This document shows, in pieces, positions 26,886-40,050 of a stretch of 64,000 bases of DNA. Position 1 is the stretch's first letter. Each line of letters begins with the position of its first letter. A program made the position numbers and the translations under genes. The notes under the pieces were generated by a model that made no database searches, was not told the DNA's origin, and saw nothing but the letters and a program-made list of their open reading frames with translations. The DNA is from Anaeramoeba ignava BMAN (taxonomy: Eukaryota > Protista > Anaeramoebae), in contig JAPDFW010000125.1 of assembly GCA_028826165.1 (NCBI GenBank), forward strand, positions 248,001 through 312,000, written 5' to 3'.

Positions 26886-27681
26886 ATGAGTGGAGATCAA
26901 GAAACAAAAATTATAGAAGAAAATCAAAATCTTCAAAAAGAAATTGAAGAACTTAAAAGAAAAAATAAAGAAATAACAGAAAAAAATGAAAATTATCAAC
27001 AAGAAATTGAAGAATTAAAACGAATAAATAAACAATTAATTGAACAGAATCAAAATCTTTCAGATACTTTAAAAAATTTAACTGAAATTAATCAAAAAAA
27101 TTTAACTGAAATTAATTCAAAAGAAGAAAATGAAGAAAATGAAGAAAAAAAACAAAGAAAACAAAGAGAACCAATTCATTTAGAAAGAGAGAGATTACAT
27201 AAAAAAAAACCAAATCCAAAAAGCAAAAAATCAAAAATTAATCAAAAAAAACCAAGAATTATAAAGAAAGTTAGATCTCAAGATGAATTAAAAAAAGAAA
27301 AAAAATTAATTTCTAAAAAAATCATTTCAAAACCAAAATCACAATCAAAAAATTCAATTAAAATTAAAAATAAAAATATAAAAAAATATAAATAAAAATA
27401 TAAATAAAAATTCTTCAAATCCTCAAAAGAAAATAATCAAAAAAACTCCAAAAAATAAACCTTTAAAAAAAATTTCAAAAAATCAATCAACAAATCAAAC
27501 GATTAAAAATTCTTCAAAAATGAAAAAAAATCCAAATGATTTAAAAACAAAAAATTTAGAGAAGAAAAAAGAAATTAAACAAGAAAAGAATAACAAAAAT
27601 TCAAAAGTAACACCAAAAAAAAAAACTACAAGTTTTGCAAATGATCCAAAACAAATGAAATTTAAATTTACTTATAAATAA
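26886..27681 (+). CDS. hypothetical coiled-coil, Lys-rich protein with an apparent frameshift near 27385
   Basis: ATG at 26886. Coding-like sequence continues in another frame after the A-run at 27380-27386 up to TAA at 27679-27681. Confidence 0.55.
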
Positions 27682-27754
27682 AAACAAAAAAAAAAAATCA
27701 AAAATTTTTTTTCATTTTTTTTCATTTTTTTTCATTTTTTTCATTTTGTTTTAA

Positions 27755-28736
27755 ATGCAACTTATTCCTTTAAATTTTCCTTTGCAAGAAGATGAAAATG
27801 AATTAAATGAATTTGAATTCAAATCAAATTCAAATTCAAATTTAAAACAAAAAAGAAAATATAAAAGAAAAACAAACATTTCAGAAGAAAAAAGAACTGA
27901 AATCAAAAGAGAAAGAAATCGAATTAACGCACAAAAATCACGAGCAAGAAAAAAACAATATATTGAAAATCTGGAAAAAGAATCAGTCGAACTTCAAAAG
28001 GAAAAAGAGTTTTTAGAGTCAGAATTAAATCAAGGAATAAAAGAAAGTGAATCTCTTGAAGAAGAAGTTGCAAAACTTCGGTTTCTTGTTCAATTATCTT
28101 CACAAAAACAAGAACAACAAAATTCAAATTATTTTCCAAACGCTCAAAATTCTAAAAAGAATGAAAATCAATTAAATCTTAAAGAAAATTTGGAAAAAAA
28201 TTCAACTTCTTCAAAAAATTTTGGAATTAAACTGTTTTTAGTCTGTTTTGTTTGTGGAGCATTTATTTTCTTATTTTATCCAAAAATTCAAACTGATTCT
28301 TTAAAAGGATATTCACTTGTTCCACCAAATAATAGGTTCTTAAATTTTTAAAAATTTCCGTTGAAAATGAAAAAGTTTTTTTAATTCAAAATTTTCTCTC
28401 TTTTTTTTTCTTCAATTTAGGGCTATCTTGCAACAAAATTATCGTCCATCTTCTTTAAAAGATTTCCCTCTTTTTCATTTTTTTCATTCGTTTTTTCAAA
28501 GATTTGATAAGGATTCTTTGAAAAATTCCAAAAACTCTCAACTTAAAACTAAACCTTTTGAAGAAAAGAAAAATTCAAAAAACAATCAAAAGATTTCAAA
28601 AGATCAAAAATTTTCTTCAAAAGATTCTAAAAGAAACGATCATTTAAGTTCAAATGAACAATTTATTCAACAAGCACAACCATTAATAACAACAAACACA
28701 GAAAAAACAACAAGAAAATCAATAAAGCCAAAATGA
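27755..28736 (+). CDS. membrane-tethered bZIP transcription factor (ATF6/CREB3/bZIP28-like)
   Basis: Exons 27755-28335 and 28421-28736. Basic region KRERNRINAQKSRARKKQYIENLE plus leucine zipper; TM segment FGIKLFLVCFVCGAFIFLFYP; luminal RAIL. Confidence 0.88.
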
Positions 28737-28896
28737 TCATAAAGATCCCAAAAAAAAAAAAAAACGGAAAAATTTTTTGCTTTTTTTATTTTTATTATTT
28801 TGGATTTTTGGATTATTTATTATTTTTGGATTATTTATTATTTTTGGATTATTTATTATTTTTGGATTATTTATTATTTTTGGATTTGATTTTAAT

Positions 28897-29950
28897 TTAA
28901 TCTTCTTTTTCTTTCTTTTTGGATTTTGATTTTTTGATAACGATATAATAGAATTTTTTAATAATTTCATAAAGCCAAAGATATTGAACTAAATAAAAAG
29001 GAACAGCAAGAAATTTAAGATATAAAGAAACTTTTAGAATATAATTTGGGAAAACATAAAAAGTATCCCAAACAACTCTTGAAAGGAAGAAAACAATAGC
29101 AAAACAAACCCCACTTAAAATAGATTTTGTCCAATGATACCAAGTTAAAAATATGTTACTAATTTCATTTGTTTGTATTAAAATGTAAGTCATTTCATTT
29201 TTACGAATAACTAATTCTGTAATTCCAAAAATCAAAACTAGATTAAAGATATAAAAAATTAAATTTGAATTTGAATTTAAATTTGATTTTGAATTTGATT
29301 TTAATTTGAATTTAAATTTGAATTTAATTTTGAAATGAATTTGGATTTGAATTTGAATTGAATTTAAATTTGAATTTTGAATTTTGAATTTGAATTTGAA
29401 TTTGAATTTGATTTTTATTTTGATTTTGATTTGAAATTGTAATTGAATTTGAATTTGGATTTTGAATTTGATTTTAATTTTGAAATTGAAATTGAATTTG
29501 AATTTGATTTTGAATTTGAATTTGAATTTGATTTTTAATTTGAAATTGATTTTAATTTTGAATTTTAATTTGAATTTGAATTTGAATTTGAATTAGTTTT
29601 AATTTGATTTTGAATTTAATTTGATTTTGATTTTGAATTGAATTTAAAATACCCATTGCATGATGTAAAAATGTTGTTAATTTTGTAAGTTTTTTATCAG
29701 GTTCCCATGGAATTAATGGAGTATGAATAAGCATATAAACTGTTGTAAAAGTTATTGAATATGTTGGATCAAAACCAAAAAGAAAAGTACCAAAAGAAGT
29801 AAAAGAAGAGGCAATACTGTGAAAAAAAACCAAGCTCGAAATGCCAAAATATAAAGAACACAGCAAAATAAAAAAAGAAAAAATCGCAAAATAAAAAATT
29901 TTTTGTTCGTGATTTAAGTTCTCAAGAAATTTAAAAATAGAATAAAACAT
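28897..29950 (-). CDS. TLC (TRAM/LAG1/CLN8)-like multi-pass membrane protein, ~212 aa
   Basis: Exons 29950-29653 and 29237-28897. Motifs FLHH, NEISNIFL and FAIVFFLSRV within hydrophobic helices. Confidence 0.75.
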
Positions 29951-30207
29951 TTTTAAAGTTAAAAAAAAAAAATGAAAACAAAATTTAAGTTAAAAAAAAA
30001 TTTGAAGTTTGTCATTGTTTATTGTAAAAAAAAACCTCCAAAAAAAAGGCGAATGAATTTAACTTTTAATCAAAGAAAAAAAAAAGAAAAAAAAAACGAA
30101 AAAAATGAAAATCTTGTTGAGAATCTATTTTTAGGAGGAAAAGGAAAAGAAAGGAAAGTAAAGCATAAAATGAAATTGATTAAAAAGGGATAAGATTATA
30201 ATATTTT

Positions 30208-31481
<1,274 letters not shown>

Positions 31482-31667
31482 TTTTTTTTTATATAATTAT
31501 TAAAAGAAAAAAAATGAAAAAAAATGAAAAAAAAAAAAAAATTTTTTTTTTAATTAAAAATAAAAATAAAAAAAAGACGAAAAAAAAAAATAAAATAAAT
31601 TTTTTTCTCCTTTTTCAATTCAAAATTTATTTCTAAAATAAAATAAAAGAAAATAAAAGAGAATAAA

Positions 31668-34600
31668 TCAAAAATCACAAAGTTGTTTAAGATTTAGAAA
31701 ATTCCAAAAATCTTCAACAATATCTTTTTCAAATTTTAATTGCAAAGTTTCCCAAAAATAATCATCTTTATTTTCTTCAAGAATACGACCACCACCAAAA
31801 ACAAAAAGACTACGAGAATCAGAATCATAAATATGGCAATGACCAGCTCTTCCTCTTGGTTCGAAACCCAACGGTTCCAATTTAGTCCAACAACGAGAAA
31901 TCAAATTAAAAATCCAACAATCGGATAAAAATTCATAAGGTTCAGATTTTCCACCAAAAACCAATAAATTTGAATCATCAATTTGAATTAAACTTCCACC
32001 AGCTCTTCCTTTTGGTTTTTCATTTAAGGCCAAAATTTCAGTCCATTCCATTTTTTTCAGATCCAAAATATAAAGATCATTAATTCTTTCAAATTTTTCA
32101 TTTCTTCCTCCAAAAATTACCATTTCATACGAACTAATCATCACACTATGATGTCCGTTGCGAGAAGTTGGTGCTTTTCCTGTTGTTTCTAGTTCTTTCC
32201 ATGTTTTATCTTTGAATGAAAATTGCCATAAATCATCTAAAAAAGCGTTTGAATTCCATCCTCCAAATATTATCATTGTGTCTTCAAATACAACCGATGT
32301 GTGCCCAAGTCGTGCTTTTGGCACTACTTTTGGTTGTGGTAGTTTTCTCCAGATGTGTGTTTTTAAATCTAAAATGAAAATATCGTTTCTCATTTCTCCA
32401 TCATATCCACCAAATAACTTTTTTTGCATTTAAATTTATTATTAAATTTATTATAAAATTATTATTAAAATTATTATTAAATTTATTATTAAATTTATTA
32501 TTAAATTTATTATTAAATTTATTATTAAATTTATTATTAAATTTATTATTAAATTTATTATTAAATTTATTATTAAATTTATTATTAAATTTATTATTAA
32601 ATTTATTATTAAAATTATTATTAAAATTATTATTAAAATTATTATTAAAATTATTATTAAATTTATTATTAAATTTATTATTAAAATTATTATTAAAATT
32701 ATTATTAAAATTATTATTAAATTTATTATTAAATTTATTATTAAATTTATTATTAAATTTATTATTAAATTTATTATTAAATTTATTATTAAATTTATTA
32801 TTAAAATTTTATTATTAAATTTATTATTAAAATTTATTATTAAAATTATTATTAAAATTATTATTAAAAATTATTATTAAATTTATTATTAAATTTATTA
32901 TTAAATTTATTATTAAATTTATTATTAAATTTATTATTAAATTTATTATTAAATTTATTATTAAATTTATTATTAAATTTATTATTAAAATTATTATTAA
33001 AATTATTATTAAAATTATTATTAAAATTATTATTAAAATTATTATTAAAATTATTATTAAAATTATTATTAAAATTATTATTAAATTTATTATTAAATTT
33101 ATTATTAAAATTATTATTAAAATTATTATTAAAATTATTATTAAAAAATTATTATTAAAATTATTATTAAAAATTATTATTAAAAATTATTATTAAATTT
33201 ATTATTAAATTTATTATTATTTATTATTAAATTTATTATTAAATTTATTATTAAATTTATTATTAAATTTATTATTAAATTTATTATTAAATTTATTATT
33301 AAAATTATTATTATTAAATTTATTATTAAATTTATTATTAAAATTATTATTAAAATTATTATTAAAATTATTATTAAAATTTATTATTATTAAAATTATT
33401 ATTAAAATTATTATTAAATTTATTATTAAATTTATTATTATTAAAATTATTATTAAAATTATTATTAAAATTATTATTAAATTTTATTATTAAATTTATT
33501 ATTAAATTTATTAAAATTTATTATTAAATTTATTATTAAAAATTTATTATTAAAATTATTATTAAATTTATTATTAAATTTATTATTAAATTGATTATTA
33601 AAATTTATTATTAAAATTATTATTTAAATTATTATTAAAATTATTATTAAAATTATTATTAAAATTATTATTTAAATTATTATTAAAATTATTATTAAAA
33701 TTATTATTAAAATTATTATTAAAATTATTATTATTAAATTTATTATTAAATTTATTATTAAAAATTATTATTAAAATTTATTATTAAAATTATTATTAAA
33801 AATTATTATTAAATTTATTATTAAATTTATTATTAAAAATTATTAATTAAAATTATTATTAAAAATTATTATTAAATTTATTATTAAATTTATTATTAAA
33901 ATTATTATTAAAATTATTATTAAAATTATTATTAAAAATTTATTATTAAATTTATTATTAAATTTATTATTAAAATTATTATTAAATTTATTATTATAAA
34001 TTTATTATTAAATTTATTATTAAAATTATTATTAAAATTGATTATTAAAAAATTATTATTAAAATTATTATTAAATTTATTATTAAAATTTATTATTAAA
34101 ATTATTATTTAAATTATTAAAAATTATTATTAAAATTATTATTAAATTTATTATTAAAAATTATTATTAAAAAATTATTATTAAATTTATTATTAAATTT
34201 ATTATTAAATTTATTATTAAAATTATTATTATTAAATTTATTATTAAAATTATTATTAAAATTATTATTAAAATTATTAATTATTAAAATTATTATTAAA
34301 TTTATTATAAAATTATTATTAAAATTATTATTAAATTCCCATTATTATTAAATTTATTATTAAAATTATTATTAAAATTATTATTAAAATTATTATTATT
34401 AAATTTATTATTAAAATTATTATTAAAATTATTATTAAATTTATTATTAAAATTATTATTAAAATTATTATTAAAATTATTATTAAATTTATTATTTAAA
34501 ATTATTATTAAAAATTATTATTAAAATTTATTATTATTAAAATTATTATTAAAATTTATTATTAAAATTATTATTAAATTTATTATTAAAATTATTAATA

Positions 34601-36076
34601 AAATTATTATTAAAAATTATTATTAAATTTATTATTAAATTTATTATTAAATTTATTATTAAAATTATTATTAAAATTTATTATTAAAATTATTAATCAA
34701 AATTATTATTAAATTTATTATTAAATTTATTATTAAATTTATTATTAAAATTTTATTATTAAAATTTATTATTAAATTTATTATTAAAATTTATTATTAA
34801 ATTTATTATTAAATTTATTATTAAAATTATTATTAAAATTATTATTAAAATTATTATTAAATTTATTATTAAATTTATTATTAAATTTATTATTAAAATT
34901 ATTATTAAATTTATTATTTAAATTTATTATTAAAATTATTATTAAAATTATTATTAAAATTTATTATTAAAATTATTATTAAAATTTATTATTAAAATTA
35001 TTATTAAAATTATTATTAAAAATTTATTATTAAAATTATTATTTAAATTTTATTATTAAATTTATTATTAAATTTATTATTAAAATTATTATTAAATTTA
35101 TTATTAAAAATTATTATTAAATTTATTATTAAATTTATTATTAAAATTATTATTAAATTTATTATTAAATTTATTATTAAAATTATTATTAAATTTATTA
35201 TTAAAATTATTATTAAATTTATTATTAAATTTATTATTAAAATTATTATTAAATTTATTATTAAAATTATTATTAAATTTATTATTAAAATTATTATTAA
35301 ATTTATTATTAAATTTATTATTAAAATTATTATTAAAATTATTATTAAATTTATTATTAAATTTATTATTAAAATTTATTATTAAATTTATTATTAAAAT
35401 TTATTATTAAATTTATTATTAAATTTATTATTAAAATTTATTATTAAATTTATTATTAAAATTTATTATTAAATTTATTATTAAAATTATTATTAAATTT
35501 TTATTATTAAAAAAATTATTATTTAAAATTATTATTAAATTGATTATTAAAATTGATTATTAAATTTATTATTAAAATTATTATTAAATTTATTATTAAA
35601 ATTATTATTTAATTTATTATTAAATTTATTATTAAATTTATTATTAAATTTATTAATAAATTTATTATTAAAATTATTATTAAAATTTATTATTAAAATT
35701 TATTATTAAAATTATTATTTAAATTATTATTAAATTTATTATTAAATTTATTATTAAAATTATTTAAAATTATTATTAAAATTATTATTAAAATTATTAT
35801 TAAAATTATTATTAAAATTACCCAAACAGAATTATTATAAAGAGATATTGTATGTCCAATTCTAACAGATAAAAATTCTCCAGATGTTTTTATTTTATCC
35901 CATTGATGAGTTTCCAAGTCAAAAGAATAAGTATCATTATAAGAAATACGTTGAGAATTCCCACCAACAATAATTAATTTATTTTCAGATCTTGCAAAAG
36001 CACAACTAGTTGTTCCTCTTGGTTGTTGATTTGTTTCTAACAAATTCCAATAACAAAGAATTTCATTTTGTAACAT
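31668..36076 (-). CDS. Kelch-repeat protein (LZTR1/Rab9-p40-like propeller), ~334 aa
   Basis: Exons 36076-35822 and 32417-31668 (SVW|LFGGYDG). Six Kelch units of the form R.GH....(I/V)FGG...ND. Confidence 0.9.
32430..35820. repeat. 3.4-kb intronic 12-bp satellite (TTATTATTAAAW)n
   Basis: Fills Kelch intron 32418-35821 almost entirely with A/T. Confidence 0.96.
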
Positions 36077-36199
36077 AATAAAAGAAATTAGGAAAAAAAA
36101 AGGAAAAAAAAATGAAAAAAAAATTTGAATTTTTTAATTTTTTTAAATTCATTTTTTCATTTTTCTTTTATTTTCTTCTTTGTTTTTTTTTCATTTTTT

Positions 36200-37828
36200 A
36201 TGAATTTAAAATCTTCCGTTATTTTATTTTTACAAATATTTGCATTAATATTCTATTCAAAACAATCAATTTCACCACAAAATTATGAACAAATAACTGG
36301 TAAAAAAATATTCATTTAAAATTATTCATTTAAAAATATTCATTTAAAAAAATTCATTTAAAAAATTCATTTAAAAAAATATTTATTTAAAATTTCTCTT
36401 GTATTTAATTGAATGTATTTTATTATTCAGACGATGAAATATGCAGTCAATATACTGATTGTCTTAATTGTGTGACGCATTTTGCTGATAGGGTTTGTGG
36501 TTGGTGTGGAACTAATAGTTCATGTCTTCATAATGAATCTGGTTTAAATTGTTCTGATTGGTATTTTGGTCCTCATTCTTTATGCCCTCCTGATCCCCAT
36601 CCTTCAGTTTATCCAGTTCCTACACCTTCTGTTTCGCCAACTCCAGTTCCAGTACCATGTATGATTTAATCTATTTTTCAATATAAATTTATTAATTAAA
36701 ATTTTAAAATAGAAATGAATTTAAAATAGAAATCAAAATGAATTTAAAATAGAAATGAATTTAAAATGGAAATGAATTTAAAATGGAAATAAATTTAAAA
36801 TGAAAATAAATTTAAAATGGAAATGAATTTAAAATGAATTTAAAATAAATTTAAAATGAAAATGAAAATAAATTTAAAATAAATTTAAAATGGAAATAAA
36901 TTTAAAATAAAAATAAATTTAAAATAAAAATAAATTTAAAACAGAAATAAATTTAAAATGGAAATGAAAATAAAATAGAAATGGATTTAAAATGGAAATG
37001 AATTTAAAATGAATTTAAAATAGAAATAAATTTAAAATGGAAATCAAAATGGAAATAAAATGGAAATGGATTTAAAATGGAAATGAATTTAAAATGAATT
37101 TAAAATAGAAATAAATTTAAAATGGAAATCAAAATGGATTTAAAATGGAAATGAATTTAAAATAAATTTAAAATGGAAATAGAAATGAATTTAAAATGGA
37201 AATAAAATAGAAATTAAAATTTAATTTTAAATTAATTATTTTCATTTAAAAAGTTTTTCGTTTGGAATGCTTTTCATTTTATACTGATTGCTTCTCTTGC
37301 AAACAACATTATTATGACAGAAGTTGTGGTTGGTGTGAAAATGTTGGACTTTGTTATTGGGGAACTGAATCAGGACCACTTCCTGGAGCATGTAATTCAA
37401 CAGATTGGTCTTATGGACCTAATATGTCTTGTGTTGCACCATCTCCATCTCCTTCATCTCAACCAACACCAACATCATCACATCATTCATCACATACAGT
37501 AGCAATTTTAGCATCTACAAGTAATTTTAAATTTTCTTTTTTTTTTTTTGCTTTTTGATTGATCGAATTTTATCCAAAAAAAAAATTCACCTTTTTTTTT
37601 GACACTTTTTTTTTTGATATTTTTTTTTTAGTTTCTGGTATTGTTGTTCTTGGTTTAGTTACTGGAATTATTGTCTTTTTTATTCGTAGAAAATCACATA
37701 AATCCCAAATATTTGAAGGAAAATTATATGATCGGGAAAAATCAGATCCTTTTAAATTAAATCAAGTTACAAAACAAAGATTGATTACAGAATTAGATAA
37801 ATCTGACAATTTTAATTCATTAAATTAA
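36200..37828 (+). CDS. type I membrane protein with two PSI (plexin-type) Cys-rich domains, ~263 aa
   Basis: Exons 36200-36299, 36431-36658, 37254-37520 and 37632-37828. Signal peptide, two C..YTDC..C.....R.CGWC.....C units, Pro/Ser/Thr stalks, and a TM followed by RRK. Confidence 0.88.
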
Positions 37829-38345
37829 ATTAAATTAAATTAAATTAAAAAACATTTGAATTTGAATTTTAATTTGAATTTGAATTTGAATTTGGGAAAA
37901 TTATTTTTGTGTTCCTTTAATTTTTTTTTACAAAATTTATAAGAAAATCTGTTCAAAAAAGATTTTAATTTTGATTTAGATTTTAGTTTTAATTTTTAAG
38001 TTAGATTTTATTGAGAAAATTAAATTAAAAAAAAAATGATTTTAAAATTCATAAAAATGAGTCAAAATTAATTAAAATTATTATTAAACAAAAAAAAAAG
38101 AAAAAAAAATTTTTTTTTTAATTTAATTTATTTTTGTTTTTAATTTTTTTTTTCATTTTTTTTCTTTGTTTAAAAAGGTTAGTTAAAAAAAAAATATAAT
38201 TATAAAATTAAATAATAATAAAAATAATAATTAAACTCTGAAAATTTATGCACATTTTCATGTTAAATAAACTTTTTAAAAAAAAAAATATGCAAATTAA
38301 ACATTTAACATCATTATTAATAACAAAAACGAATTACAAACAGAT

Positions 38346-39808
38346 ATGGATAATAAAAAACAAGTAACAAAAAAACCGACAAAAAAAACAACAGCAAAAA
38401 AAAGACAAGTTTCACAAGCAAAAAGAGTATCAAAAGGGGTTCAAAAAACAAGTTTTAAAAAAAAATTGAAGCCAATACATCAAATAAGATTCAGAAGACC
38501 TCATACATTAAGATTACCAAGAGATCCAAAATATATTAGAAAAGCACGTTCTAAACTTCCTAAACTTGATAAGTTTAGTATTCTTAAATATCCTCTTAAT
38601 TCTGAAACTGCTATTAAAAAGATTGAAGATAATAACACTTTGGTTTTTATTGTTGATTTGAAAGCAACCAAAAAGCAAATTGCAAGAGCTGTTGAAGAAA
38701 TGCATACTGTTAAATGCGAAAAAGTTAATACTTTAATCAGGTAAATAAATAACATTTCTTAAATTAAATAATATTTATAAATTAAATAATATTTATAAAT
38801 TAAATAATATTCTTAAATTAAATAATATTTATAAATTAAATTACATTTATAAATTAAATAATATTTATAAATTAAATAACATTTATAAATTAAATAATAT
38901 TTATAAATTAAATAACATTTATAAATTAAATAACATTTATAAAATAATATTTTATAAAATAAAAATAATATTCATAAATTAAATAATATTTATAAAATAA
39001 ATTATATTTATAAATTAAATAATATTTATAAATTAAATAATAATTATAAATTTAAATAATTATAAATTAAATAATATTTATAAATTAAATAATATTTATA
39101 AATTAAATAATATTCATAAATTAAATATTTATAAATTAAATAATATTTATAAATTAAATAATATTTATAAATTAAATAATATTTATAAATTAAATAATAT
39201 TTATAAATAAAATAATATTTATAAATTAAATAACATTTATAAAATTAAATAATATTTATAAATAAAATAACATTTATAAATTAAATAATATTTATAAATT
39301 AAATAATATTTATAAATTAAATAATATTTTATAAATTAAATAACATTCATAAATTAAATTACATTTATAAATTAAATAATATTTATAAATTAAATAATAT
39401 TTATAAATAAAATAATATTTATAAAATAAAATAACATTTATAAATTAAATAATATTTATAAATTAAATAACATTTATAAATAAAATAATATTTATAAATT
39501 AAATAATATTTATAAATTAAATAATATTCATAAATTAAATAATATTTATAAATTAAATAATATTTATAAATTAAATAATATTTATAAATTAAATAATATT
39601 TATAAATTAAATAATATTTATAAATTAAATAATATTTATAAATTAAATAATATTTATAAATTAAATAATATTTCAAATTTACTTAAATTTTTACTTTGAT
39701 TTACTTTCATTCTTTTTTTTTAGACCTGATGGAAAGAAAAAAGCTTTTGTTCGTCTTCCAAAAGATGTTGATGCTTTTGATGTTGCCAATAGAATTGGAT
39801 TGGTTTAA
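38346..39808 (+). CDS. RPL23A: 60S ribosomal protein L23a (uL23), 159 aa
   Basis: Exons 38346-38740 and 39724-39808. Motifs [36 protein letters not shown]|[11 protein letters not shown]. Confidence 0.98.
38745..39675 (+). repeat. intronic 18-bp satellite (AAATTAAATAATATTTAT)n
   Basis: Fills the RPL23A intron. Confidence 0.94.
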
Positions 39809-40050
39809 ATTTTAATCATTCTTGACTTCTTAAAATCTTTTCCTTTATTCCATTTCTTTTTCTTTTTTCCATTTTTTTTTTCTTTGATTCTCTCAATCTT
39901 TTTTTAATCTTTTCCATTCAAAAAAGACAAACAAAAAAAACAAAAATAAACGTTCTAGAAAAAACTACCATTTAATTAAAGTCAAATTTTTTCAATTTTT
40001 CATTTTTCATTTTTCAATTTTTCATTTTTTCATTTTTAGTTAAATTGTTA

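Noticed and set aside
28064-28079. Hairpin GAAGTT-GCAA-AACTTC as an IRE1 splice site in the bZIP mRNA
   Set aside because: The loop lacks the CNGNNG consensus and no second hairpin was seen; the S1P-type model fits better.
31600-31670. TGA readthrough or selenocysteine extension of the Kelch protein
   Set aside because: The downstream sequence is low-complexity and not BTB-like, and other genes use TGA as a stop.
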